Assembly (NCBI RefSeq): GCF_009914755.1
Contig: NC_060943.1
Strand: one strand, 5' to 3'
Length of the DNA: 64,000 nucleotides
DNA from: the human T2T-CHM13v2.0 reference genome, Homo sapiens
Below, piece by piece: positions 39,050-64,000 of this stretch. Position numbers and translations under genes: made by a program. The notes below the pieces were generated by a model. That model did no database searches. It saw only the letters and a program-made list of their open reading frames with translations, and was not told the origin of the DNA. Position 1 is the stretch's first letter. Every line of letters starts with the position of its first letter.

Positions 39050-40730
39050 CATGGCGCACCAACTGCGCCCTGGCGTCTTGCTCGCGTCTGAGCGTGAGCA
39101 GAGTGTGTGTACATCTTTGGGCCGTTTGCAGTCACGCGTGTGCACATGGCGTGCACGTATGTGTGCGAGTCCCCGCGCGTTTGTCTCCCATCGGCGTGTG
39201 TGCACATCGTGTGCGCTATATGCCTGCCTGCCCGCCCGCTCTGTGGTCCCGAGTCGGGGGACCCCGCACCCCCCGGGCAAGGGAAGGATTTCCGAGTCCC
39301 TGGCCTTGCCTGCAGGAGCCTCTCTCCGCAGCCTCCACGGAGCGCGCGGCGCTGCTCGGCTGCCAGGACCTGCTGAGGACAAACGGTGTGTGCAGAGCCG
39401 GGCGCCTGGGCGCCCGGGGCGTGTGCGGCGGGAGCGTCTGAGACCCCAGAGATGGAGTCCTGGGTGCGTGGGGGCCCTGTGGTCCCTGAGGCTGGCCACG
39501 GGGTGTGGAAGGGAGTCCCCTGAGTCCTCCCAAGTGACCCGGCGGGCATGCGTTTTGGGATGGGGGTCGTTCCAGCCTCGAAGCAGACGGCGGCGCTGGG
39601 TGCCCTGGAGGAGGAGGTGGGAGCCTGCCACAGCTGCTGTGAGGGGGCGCGGCCCAGACTATGGGCGCAAGGGTGGGGTCTTGTGGCCGGGATGGGAGGG
39701 GGGCCGGAGGCGAGGCCTGCGGCGAGTGGGGCGGCGGGGGGCTGGTCTCCGAAGTCCCGCCCCATCCTCGCCTCCCTCGCCCCTCTCACCCCGCGGCTCC
39801 CAGGCTCGGGGACGCAGGCGCTGCTGCAGACCACGAGCGCGGAGCTTGGGGAGGCGCAGGCGAAGCTGATGGAGCAGGAGAGAGCCCTGCGGGAACTGCG
39901 TGAGTGCGGTGAGGGCCCGACGCGACCCCAGCCCTGAGCCCTGGCCGCGTCCCCCGACCCCGACCCCGACCCCGTCCTGAGTGCTGACCCCTGACACTGA
40001 TCATGCACCCCGTCCTGACCCTGACGCTGCACTCTGACCTTGACTGCCACTCCTAGCGCCGGCCACACCCGGACCCTGCCCAGGTGTAACCGTCCTTGAC
40101 CCTGTGCCATCCTGGTGGCTGGCACCGAGGGTACAATGACCACGGACAGGGGTCCTGACCTTTAGCTAGTCCTGACCTTGAGCCCAACCAAAATCCCCAT
40201 TCCCTTGACCCCGCAGTGACCCATGGCTTGGCTGAAGCCGGCAGGGACCGCGAGGACGTCAGCACCGAGCTGTACCGGGCGCTGGAGGCCGTGAGGCTGC
40301 AGAACAGTGAGGGTGAGGGGGGGTAGGAGGGGGTGCGGTGTAAGTGGACCCTGCCCGTGTGCGTCGCCGGACCCCCTCTTTGACCTTGGCCTGGTCCTGT
40401 GGCTCCACCCCTGAGCCCGTGGGGCCAAACCCCTACCCCCTGCATCCTCTTGGTGCGCTCTCCCTGGAAGCACTCGACCTCTCTGACCCTTGCCACCCTA
40501 CAGGTTCCTGTGAGCCGTGCCCTACGTCGTGGCTGCCCTTCGGGGGCTCCTGCTACTATTTCTCTGTGCCGAAGACCACGTGGGCAGAGGCGCAGGGCCA
40601 CTGCGCCGATGCCAGCGCACATCTGGCGATGTAGGGGGCCTGGGGGAGCAGGTGCGCAGGAGGAGGCGGCGTTCACCCGAGGGGGCGTGGCCGGGCGGTG
40701 GGGCGGCGCCGGGGGAGGGGGCAGGACGGG
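39050..40730. promoter_or_regulatory. CpG island over the CLEC4GP1 gene body
   Basis: Very GC-rich with dense undecayed CpGs, unlike the flanks. Confidence 0.8.
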
Positions 40731-40944
40731 TCTGACTCTGCAGGCTCAGGTGTCTCCTCCTTTCTAGGACTTCCTGAGTCGTGACACTAGTGCCCGTGAA
40801 TACTGGATCGGCCGCAGGGCCGTGCAACACCTGCGCAAGGTTCAGGGCTACTCGTGGGTGGACGGAGTCCCACTCAGCTTCAGGTAGGGGAAGGGCTCCT
40901 GGTGAAACCTGGGGGCCACAGGTTAGACTCTAGAGGACATGTTT

Positions 40945-41270
<326 letters not shown>

Positions 41271-42075
41271 TTAGGGATGGGCAGGCTGGACCCTAGGAAG
41301 TGTCCTTGGGTTAAATTCTGGGCGTTAGTAAGTTATATCCCAGGTGTATACTCAGGTTAGACACTTGGGGTGTCTAGCGTAGACCCAGGCAATAAACAGG
41401 CTAGAGCCTGGGAAGGAAGTGGGGGCCCCGGGTCCATCCTTAGCTTAGATTCCCAGCATCACCCCCCGCCCGGCCATTCAACCACTGCAGCCACTGGTTA
41501 CAGGGGGAACGCAATGAATTTTGGGGGTGCGAGGCCTGTGTCATGATTCTGGGCATGGGGCTGTGGATAGACCCACCACGTGATGAGAAGGCTGGCCGGA
41601 TCTGTCAGCAGAGGCACGGTGCTGACCCCGCCCGGTGCCCCAGAGCCGTGCCCAGTGCCCAAAGGGGTGCTGTGCACCATCCCGGCTACTGGAACCCACT
41701 GCCAAGGATTTTCTTTTCCCCATCCACCACTGCTGAGAACCAATCGGCCAGGCCCAGCCCTGTCCGGTGCCTGCACTCTGGGACCTCTGCTCTGACTTCA
41801 TGCAAACCTAACCTAACCTTCACTGGCTCCAAAATCTCCATTTCTGGATCCCAGTGGTCTGACCCCACCTCTCCTCCTAGCCAAGGTCAGACAACTGAGG
41901 AATGGAGCTATTTGGTTTTCCTGCACTTTCCCGCAAAGGGGAAAATGGTACTTCCTGCAAAGCTCTCTTTGCAGCCTGGGGGAGCATCAATAAAGGTTTG
42001 AGAAATGGATCCAGGCTCCTGGCTCTGGTGAGCTCTTATTTATTTATGTATGTATTTATTTATTTATTTATGTAG

Positions 42076-42507
<432 letters not shown>

Positions 42508-43010
42508 TAAGCTTCATCCCAGAAGCCCTGGTGTAAACCTTGTGAGTGACCCCTGATCTCTCTAAGTGACCTCATAGTCCTATGATGCTTCCAAACCCAG
42601 TGGGTAACCTGCACTAGGCCAGGAGGGCTTGAAGGTAGGGGCAGTTGTCCACTCAGCACTGTTAAAATTCTCAGCCCCCTGGCACAGAGTGTGGTTCAGA
42701 GGGTTCTGGGGACACAGGAATGGGTCAAACCCAGTCCTTATCCCCAGGACCTCCACATTCTGGTCTAGCTGGGCACAGGAACATGATCCGTGCATGGAGC
42801 GGGTAGCTGATGGGCATGGGGGAGCCACTTTTTGTTGGGGTCCAGCCTCAACACTACCCGTAGGTAGCCAAAGTCCAGTGGTGACAAAGAATGAGAAAAG
42901 ACAAATTAAGATTTTAGGCCTGGCGCGGTGGCTCATGCCTGTAATCCCAGCACTTTGGGAGGCCGAGGCGGGTGGATCACGAGGTCAGAAGATTGAGACC
43001 ATCCTGGCTA

Positions 43011-43289
<279 letters not shown>

Positions 43290-43628
43290 TTATTGAGAAC
43301 GGTCTTTTGATCTAAGAAGCGGCTGGTATGGGATGAAACGGTGAAGGAGGGGGAGTGTACGTCATTGGAAAGATCTGTAGCAGTAGCAGTTATATGAATT
43401 TCCTTTAAGCTAAAAGCATATGTCTAACTACGAAGATAATCTTCAACTTATCAGGCTGCAGCTGGTGGGGACTGGTTTTACAAGGAGCCAGGATGTCTGG
43501 TCACATTCCAATGCTTCAAGGGAGTTTTTCAGCCCAGAGCATTCTGTGTAAAGCCGCAGAGCAGGTCATGCTCTCTGGCCAGGGAACTTAATGGCTTGGG
43601 GAGATGATTCTCCTCAAGGGCCCCCTAC

Positions 43629-44638
43629 TGTAGGGACCAGCCCCACAGGGTCGGTGGGTTTTTCTCCCCATGTGTGAAGATGAGAGATTGTAAAAATAAA
43701 GACACAAGACAAAGAGATAAAAGAAAAGACAGCTGGGCCCAGGGGACCACTACCACCAAGACACGGAGACCGGTAGTGGCCCCAAATGCCAGGCTGTGCT
43801 ATTATTTATTGGATACAAGACAAGGGGGCAGGGTAAGGAGTGTGAGCCATCTCCAATGATAGGTAATGTCATGCGAGTCACATGTCCACTGGACAGGTGG
43901 CCCTTCCCTGTTTGGCAGCCGAGGTGGAGGGAGGGAGAGAGAGAGAGAGAGGAGACAGCTTACGCCATTATTTCTGCATATCGGAGACTTTTAGTACTTT
44001 CACTAATTTTGCTACTGCTATCTAGAAGGCAGAGCCAGGTGTATAGGATGGAACATGGAAGCTGACTAGGAGTGTGACCGCTGAAGCACAGCATCACAGG
44101 GAGACGGTTAGGCCTCTGGATAACTGCAGGCAGGCCTGACTGATGTCAGACCCTCCACAAGAGGTGGTGGAGTAGAGTCTTCTCTAAACTCCCCTGGGGA
44201 AAGGGAGACTCCCTTTCCCGGTCTGCTCAGTAGCAGGTGCTTTTTCCTTGGCACTGACGCTACCAGTAGACCACAGTCTGCTTGGCAACGGGGCATCTTC
44301 CCAGATGCTGGCATTACTGCTAGACCAAGGAGCCCTCTGGTAGCCCTGTCTGGGCATAACAGAAGGCTCATGCTCTTGTCTTCTGGTCACTTCTCACCAT
44401 GTCCCTTCAGCTCCTATCTCTGTATGGCCTGGTTTTTCCTAGGTTATGATTGTAGAGTGAAGATTATTATAATATTGGAATAAAGAGTAATTACTACAAA
44501 CTAATGATTAGTGATACTTATATACATATCTATGATCTGTATCTAGTATAACTCTTGATATTTTATATATTTTATTACACTGAAACAGCTCGTGCCCTCG
44601 GTCTCTTGCCTTGGCACCTGGGTGGCTTGCTGCCCACA
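43629..44638 (-). mobile_element. LTR13 (HERV-K HML4) solo LTR inserted in the 3'LTR of the LTR14-family provirus
   Basis: Reverse complement starts tgtgggcagcaagccacccagg; 1010 bp; perfect 6-bp TSD ccctac. Confidence 0.9.
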
Positions 44639-44731
44639 CCCTACATTTTTCCATAGGTGTCCTACACAGGGACGACTGACTAAACTGGCACCCCATAAAC
44701 CTTTCCACCAGCACTTGCCCCCTTTTCTTTT

Positions 44732-47041
<2,310 letters not shown>

Positions 47042-47908
47042 GAGTGAATCCCAACTTCTCCCCCTTTTTTGTTTTCTGTGTTAGGGTTTTTTGGTTGCAG
47101 GGCGTAGATATATGCAGCCACAGGTTTGTCAGGCGAGGAGGTCACTGCTCTTATTCCAGCTTTGCATCCCAGGATTAGTAAATAACAGAAGACAAACCTG
47201 AGTATAATTAGCAACATTTTTTTTTCCAGTCAAAGAGTGACCTGTAGTGTTACTTGGCATCTTAGTTTACTATACAGTATTAATGAGGAACCCCACTGGG
47301 GGTATGTTAATTTATTTTAGCTAAGCAGTTATGTTATTAGAAGCTGAGGGGTGGGGGGTTGTTAAAGTAACAGGGAAGAAGAAAGGCGGATTTAAGATAT
47401 GAGCTTAATAGAGTGTAGTAGGTATAGGTAGTAGGCAAAGTGAGAGAATTAAAAATGAATGAATTATTTGGCTTAGTCTTCGCTTCTTCAGCACAATGTC
47501 TGGGGCCTATGTTGTTTGCGGAAGCCGCATTTTTGAGGCTACAGTTCCTGTAGGATCTTTCTTAGGCTGGCTCGAATTTTTTCTTCTTTCCGTCATTTGA
47601 TGAGGACGTAGTCTTCAGGCTGGTACTGGAAATTCTAGGAGTGGTGCCTGTGCTGAGAGACTTTTTACCATCTTTAAAGAGCAGGTTAGTGTTTTAAGAA
47701 AAACTTGTGCTTTATTTTAATGTTTAGTTTATAGAAAAACTGGATGATACCTTTTTAACTTTAGCAAATGTTTACACACAATTTTTTACAATTATCATTT
47801 TAAAACTTGCTTAGACCTTCAAAACAAAAATTATACAACCTTTCTTGCACAAATTCCTTTTTATAACATTTTTCATGACTTTCACAGACAATCTTCAACA
47901 TGCCTTAA

Positions 47909-48091
<183 letters not shown>

Positions 48092-48409
48092 TAGTTTTAG
48101 TAGAGACGGGGTTTCACCATGTTAGCCAGGATGGTCTCGATCTCCTGACCTTGTGATCCGCCTATCTCGGCCTCCCAAAGTGCTGGGACTACAGGCGTGA
48201 GCCACCACACCCAGCCAACATGCCTTAACTTTGTATGTTTTATAACTTTCCTTACTAAAGGTACATTTTTATAACTTTCTTAATATTTCCTTTCCCTTCT
48301 TCCTACTTCATTTCTTTCCTTAGTCTTTCTTTTTGCATCTTTTTCTGATTTCTGTCTCTTCTAGTCTCTCTCTTATTTTTTTCTATTTCTCTTTCTAATG
48401 TACAATAAT

Positions 48410-50910
<2,501 letters not shown>

Positions 50911-50914
50911 GGAA

Positions 50915-51534
50915 ATTGCTCCTTCCCCGTAATGAACGGCAGGGCGAGCCTGAATTTTAATTAACTGGTGGCTGAGCCTGAATCATCCCTTTACCGTAAT
51001 TAACGGCAGGTTTTGCAACAATGGGCGCGGCGAACCGCGTCTCAGGCTTCCATGCCCGCAATTCACAAGGCTTAGGCGCGGGTGGCCATTCCGGAGCTTC
51101 CCCTGAGGGTGCGGTAGGTTGGACGGTCTCTTTCATATGTGTTTGGTTAGCATATATAACCTCCTGATTCTCCCCGTTTTTTAAACTGGAGCTAGATGGT
51201 GCACTCTCCTGACCGTCAAACTCGTCTCCTTCATTTCCAAATGCTGGTTCCTCCTCAGTCTGCAAAGGCTCACGTGCTGTTTTCACTGCCGCCCACACAG
51301 ACCAAGCGGAGAAAGGAATTTCTTGACCCTCTTTTTGTGCCTGTTTGAAGTCAGCCCTTATTTTTTCCCAGTCTTTCAAATCCATGGAGCTGTGTTCCGG
51401 GAACCAAGGAGAATATTGTTCTATTAGCTGAAACAGGGACAGAAGATTTTGGGTGCTCACGTTTAACCACAGTGGCACAATAACTGCCGCACCAAACTCA
51501 AATAATTATTATGTCTACTCTCAGCCTGACCCAC
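50915..51534 (-). pseudogene. gag: HERV-K gag MA/p15 remnant (CA, NC and pro deleted)
   Basis: (GTG)GQAESR start; ORF 50957..51478 ..[20 protein letters not shown]; fuses directly to the RT start. Confidence 0.85.
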
Positions 51535-52674
51535 AATTTCCTGTTGTTACCCTGGAATTCTCCGAGCGCCCCGCTTACCTGCAGAGCTTAAAAGTCTTTT
51601 CGTTGGCCGGCGCGGTGGCTCACGCCTGTAATCCCAGCACTTTGGGAGGCCGAGGCGGGCGGATCACGAGGTCAGGAGATCAAGACCATCATAGCTAACA
51701 TGGTGAAACCCCGTCTCTACTAAAAATACAAAAAGTTAGCCGGGCGTGGAGGCGGGCGCCTGTAGTCCCAGCTACTTGGGAGCTGAGGCAGGAGAAGGGC
51801 GTGAACCCGGGAGGCGGAGCTTGCAGTGAGCCGACATCGAGCCACTGCACTCCAGCCTGGGTGACAGAGCAAGACTCCGTCTCAAAAATAAATAAATAAA
51901 TAAATAAGTAAAAATTAAAAAAAAACTTTTCGTCCTTGGGAGTTCTCCATCTGTCGGTCCTTCATTTTCGACGCTCCTGCATTCCTTCACCCGGTTGTTT
52001 TGGAGATACCACGTTGGGCGCCAGATGGTGGGGTCCAGCCTCAACACTACCTGTGGTTACCTGAAGTCCGGTGGCGACAAAGGAATGAGAAAAGACAAGT
52101 TAAGATTTTAAAGCAGGCCCAGGGGGCCAGTTGCTAGAGTGAAGGCTGCAAAACGCCCAGAGTTCTGGTTGCCTGACGATTTATTGAGCACAATCTTTTG
52201 ATCTAAGAAGCAGCTGGGATGAAACGGTGAAGGAGCGGGAGCGTACGTCATTGGAAAGATGTACAGCAGTGGCGGTTATATGAATTTCCTTTAAGCTAAA
52301 AGCATATGTCTAACTGCTAAGACAGTCTTTAACTTATCGGGCTGCAGCTGGTGGGGGCCGGTTTTACAAGGAGCTAGGATGTCTGGTCACGTTCCAACAC
52401 TTCAAGGGAGTGTGTCAGCCCAGAGCATTCTGTGTAAAGCCGCAGAGCAGGTCATGCCCTCTGGCCTGGGAACTTAATGGCTTGGGGAGATGATTCTCCT
52501 AAGGGCCCCCTACAGTTTTCCATAGGTGTCCTACACAGGGGTGACTGACTAAACTGGCACCCCATAAACCTTTCCACCAGCACTTTTGTTTCAGGCTGCT
52601 GGCTCTGGTGAGCTCTTCTTTTTTGTTTTGTTTTATTTATTTATTTATTTATTTATTTACTTTATTTTTTTTGA

Positions 52675-52857
<183 letters not shown>

Positions 52858-52935
52858 TAGCCAGGATGGTCTTGATCTCCTGACCTTGTGATCCACCCGC
52901 CTCAGCCTCCCAAAGTGCTGGGATTACAGGTGTGA

Positions 52936-53148
<213 letters not shown>

Positions 53149-53345
53149 TAGGTGGGGTTGATCCAACCATTATCTACATGATTGAACCCCACCTTCAGCC
53201 CCTTCCCCTTCCTGGAGGTCAGGTGGCTAAAAATCCCAACCTTGGTGGTTGGTGTTTCTGGCATGACCAGCCCCCATCCTGAGTCACCTCCTTGGTATAA
53301 GCTCAGTTATGGTCCAGGGCCCCCATGAATAATAAAGACGCTTCT

Positions 53346-54128
53346 TTTTTTTTTTTTATTTCCATAGGTTTGGGGGAACATGTATTTGGTTACATGATTA
53401 AATTCCTTAGTGGTGATTCATGAGAGTTTGGTGCACCCATCTCCCAAGCAGTATACACTGCACCTAATTTGTAGTATTCTATCCGTCAGCTTTCCACCCT
53501 TTCCCCTTGAGCCCCCAAAATCCACTGTGTCATTCTTATGCCTTTGCATCCTCATAGCTTAGCTCCCACTTATGAGTGAGAGTATACAATGTTTGGTTTT
53601 CCATTCCTGAGTTCCTTCACTTAGAATAATGGTCTCCAGTCCCATCCAGGTTGCTGCAAATCCCATTAATTCATTCCGTTTCATGGCTGAGTAGTATTCC
53701 ATTTTATATGTATGCCACAGTTTCTTCACCCATTCGTTGACTGATGGAAATTTAGGTTTGTTCCACGTTTTTGCACTTGCGAATTGTGCTGCTATAAACA
53801 TGTGTGAACAAGTATCTTTTTTGTATCATGACTTCTTTTCCTCTGGATAGATACCCAGTAGTGGGATTGCTGGCTCAAATGGTAGTTTTACTTTTAGTTC
53901 TTTAAGGAATCTCCACGCTGTTTTCCATAGTGGTTGTACTAGTTTACATTCCCACCAGCAGTGTAAAAGTGTTCCCTGTTTGCCACATCCACACCAACAT
54001 CTATTATTTTTTGAGTCTTTGATTATGGCCATTCTTGCAGGAGTAAGGTGGTATCACATTGTGGTTTTGATTTGCATCTCCCTGATCATTAGTGATGTTG
54101 AGCATTTTTCCATATGTTTGTTGGCCAT
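53346..54128 (-). mobile_element. 5'-truncated L1PB-type 3' end inserted in a MER21-like LTR
   Basis: Poly(T) tail; ORF2 C-terminus ([18 protein letters not shown]); TSD aagac(g/a)cttct. Confidence 0.85.
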
Positions 54129-54317
54129 TAAGACACTTCTATTACTTGGAAAATTCCAAGAGTTTACACGCCCCCTGCCAGGAACCAGAGGTAGTGACTA
54201 GACAGATTATTTAGCACACAATATCTTTCTATCTTAAAATCGCAATCATATCTGCAAAGTCTCTTTTTGCCATATAAGGTGACATTCATAGGATCCAGGG
54301 ATTAGGACTTGGATATC

Positions 54318-61200
<6,883 letters not shown>

Positions 61201-61261
61201 AGTTGAAAAAATTTCAATGTATTACTTGTCACAGCAAAGGAGAATACACACCACGGGTAGC

Positions 61262-62042
<781 letters not shown>

Positions 62043-62520
62043 TAACCATGGGGTATCTCAGTAGGAGAGTGTAATAAATGACTTATTATATGATTGGGGC
62101 TTGTGTTAAGTTCTTTAGGGGAGGATTCTAGGTTGGATGCTATCAGGAAGAGGGGGTAATCTTATGACTAGGCATTCTAATAAGTCTTTTAATTTAATTT
62201 TTTTTTTGAGACAGAGTCTTGCTCTCTTGCCGAGGATGGAGTTCAGTGAGGCAATCTCAGCTCATTGCAACCTCCTCCCCCCAAGTAGCTGGGATTACAG
62301 GCTCCTGCCACCACGGCCAGGTAATTTTTTGTATTTTTGTAGAGACAGGGTTTCACCATGTTGGCCAGGCTGGTCTCAAACTCCTGACCTTAAGTGATCC
62401 ACCCACCTCGGCCTTCTGAAGTGCTGGGATTACACGCATGAGCCACTGAAGAACAAATAAATCTTATATGCAAGGAGTAAAGACTAGACTGAGGCTAAAG
62501 CCATGATTGATAAAAGAGAG

Positions 62521-63100
62521 TGCTATGAGCTGAGTGTTTACCTCTGAAATTCATATGTTGAAATCCTAACCCCTAAGATGATGTTATTAGGAGGTGGTAA
62601 TTTGGGGTTAGTAATTAGGTCATGAGGTCAGAGCCTTCATTAGTGTCCTCATAAAAGAAACCCTAGAAAGCTTCCTTCACCCTTTCCACCATGTGAGAAC
62701 ACAGCAAGAAGGCACCATCTATGAATCAGGAAGCAGGCTCTCACCAGCCACCAAATGTACCAGCACCTTGATAGCTGGAAGTGCTGGGCAAAGTTCTAGC
62801 AATGCTATGATCAGCTGCAGGACCAGACCAGCTCCTAGAACACCATGGTCACCTAGGAAGGCCAGGGCAGCTCCTAACAACACCAAAGCCAGCTGTGAGC
62901 TTCAGGCCTGCTCTTGACCACTCTTCTTCTCTCGGGATTAAACTAGCTATGTTATGTAGAGCATGTAGAACAATGTCTGATAAATCTTTTATCGAGACTT
63001 GCTCTTTCTAGCCTCCAGAAGTGTGAGCAATAAATTTCTACTGTTTATAATCCACCCAGCCTATGATGTTTTATTAGAGCAGCCCCAACAGACTAAGAGA
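62521..63100 (+). mobile_element. MLT1A-like LTR carrying a 226-bp foreign insert
   Basis: aaattcatatgttgaaatcctaacccc.. ; cagcaccttgat|insert|cttg..agcctccagaa. Confidence 0.75.
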
Positions 63101-63530
63101 GAAAGGTTGTTCCAATTAGCCAGAATATAGGAATGTTTGGTTATGTCTGGTTTGGACAGTGCTCACATTTTGTCTGTGTTCAGACATGCTTACAGAGTGA
63201 TCTCACTTTTGTCTTGCTATGTACACATTTACAGCTACAAACGTTTTTGCTTGATGTTGATGTTCTGTGAAATTGTTTATATTCAAGAGGACAACATCAT
63301 AACCTAGGTGGAAGTGCTGGGTAAAGTTCTAGCCATGCCATGATCAGCTGGAAGACCAGACCAGCTCCTAGAACACTCTGGCCACCTAGGAAGCCCAGGG
63401 CAGCTCCTAGCAACACCAAAGCCAGCTGTGAGCTTCAGGCCTGCTCTTGACCACTCTTCTCCTCTCAGGATTAAACTAGCTATGTTATGTAGAGCATGTA
63501 GAACAATGTCTGATAAATCTTTTTTCGAGA
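62772..63530 (+). repeat. 226-bp direct repeat (62772-62997 and 63305-63530)
   Basis: Ungapped alignment by eye, highly similar. Confidence 0.92.
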
Positions 63531-63669
63531 TGGAGTCTCACTCACTCTATCACCCAGGCTGTTTGCTCACTGCAACCTCTGACTCCTGGGTTCAAGCAAT
63601 TCTCCTGCTTCAGCCTCCCCAGTAGCTGAGATTACAGGCATGCATCACCATGCCCAGATAGTTTTTGTA

Positions 63670-63943
63670 TTTTTTATTTTTTTAATGTTTTAGCAAACTT
63701 TGTTGTACAGAACAAAAAAAAATACATCATGATTCTGCATGATTTTCTCTCCCACAAAAGCATGGGTGAAAACCAGTAACTTACTTATAAAAATATTTTA
63801 TTTAGGACTCTAATAAGATAATATGTACATTCATACCTTGTCTCCTGAGTATTTAAATGGGGAAAGGTTCACCTGAAAAAAGTTTTCCCCAGGAAACCCA
63901 TAGTTTCTTGGCTCAACTGACCCATTAAAAAAGTCCACCTAGA
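63670..63943 (-). pseudogene. EXOSC3P2: 3'UTR and poly(A) end of an EXOSC3 processed pseudogene (probably EXOSC3P2); the CDS part lies beyond the window
   Basis: Reverse complement taggtggacttttt..ggtcagttgag..aactatgggttt..caggtgaacc..ttactggttttcaccc..gtgggagagaaaatca matches the EXOSC3 3'UTR as recalled; A-rich tail inserted in an Alu linker. Confidence 0.7.
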
Positions 63944-64000
63944 GCCAGGTGCGGTGGCTCACACCTGTAATCCCAGCACTTTGGGAGGCCAAGGCGGGCA

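Noticed and set aside
38837-40830. Long overlapping ORFs (264, 292, 381 and 207 aa) over CLEC4GP1
   Set aside because: Stop-poor GC-rich sequence spanning introns; no recognisable domains.

Overview
Repeat-dense primate (human-like) genomic DNA that I recognise as the chr19p13.2 C-type lectin cluster. It holds the complete 7-exon CLEC4M (L-SIGN/DC-SIGNR) gene (CDS 14286-20007, +, 399 aa, 7-repeat neck allele) and the 9-exon unprocessed pseudogene CLEC4GP1 (38554-41994, +). It also holds an RPL21 retrocopy, the 3' end of an EXOSC3 retrocopy, a full-length THE1D element, a long L1, a deleted HERV-K(HML6) provirus, a ~9.75 kb LTR14-family HERV-K provirus, and many solo LTRs and Alus. I see no new multi-gene system. 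The most interesting observations are: (i) the large provirus looks like a three-way recombinant with two polypurine tracts and a re-captured env; (ii) every CLEC4M neck repeat carries an in-phase 5' splice site; (iii) CLEC4GP1 keeps all its expression signals, has a new first AUG and has a disproportionately diverged sugar-binding region; (iv) several small relic duplications record the cluster's history. Repeat subfamily names and parent-gene comparisons come from recalled consensus sequences, not from a search.
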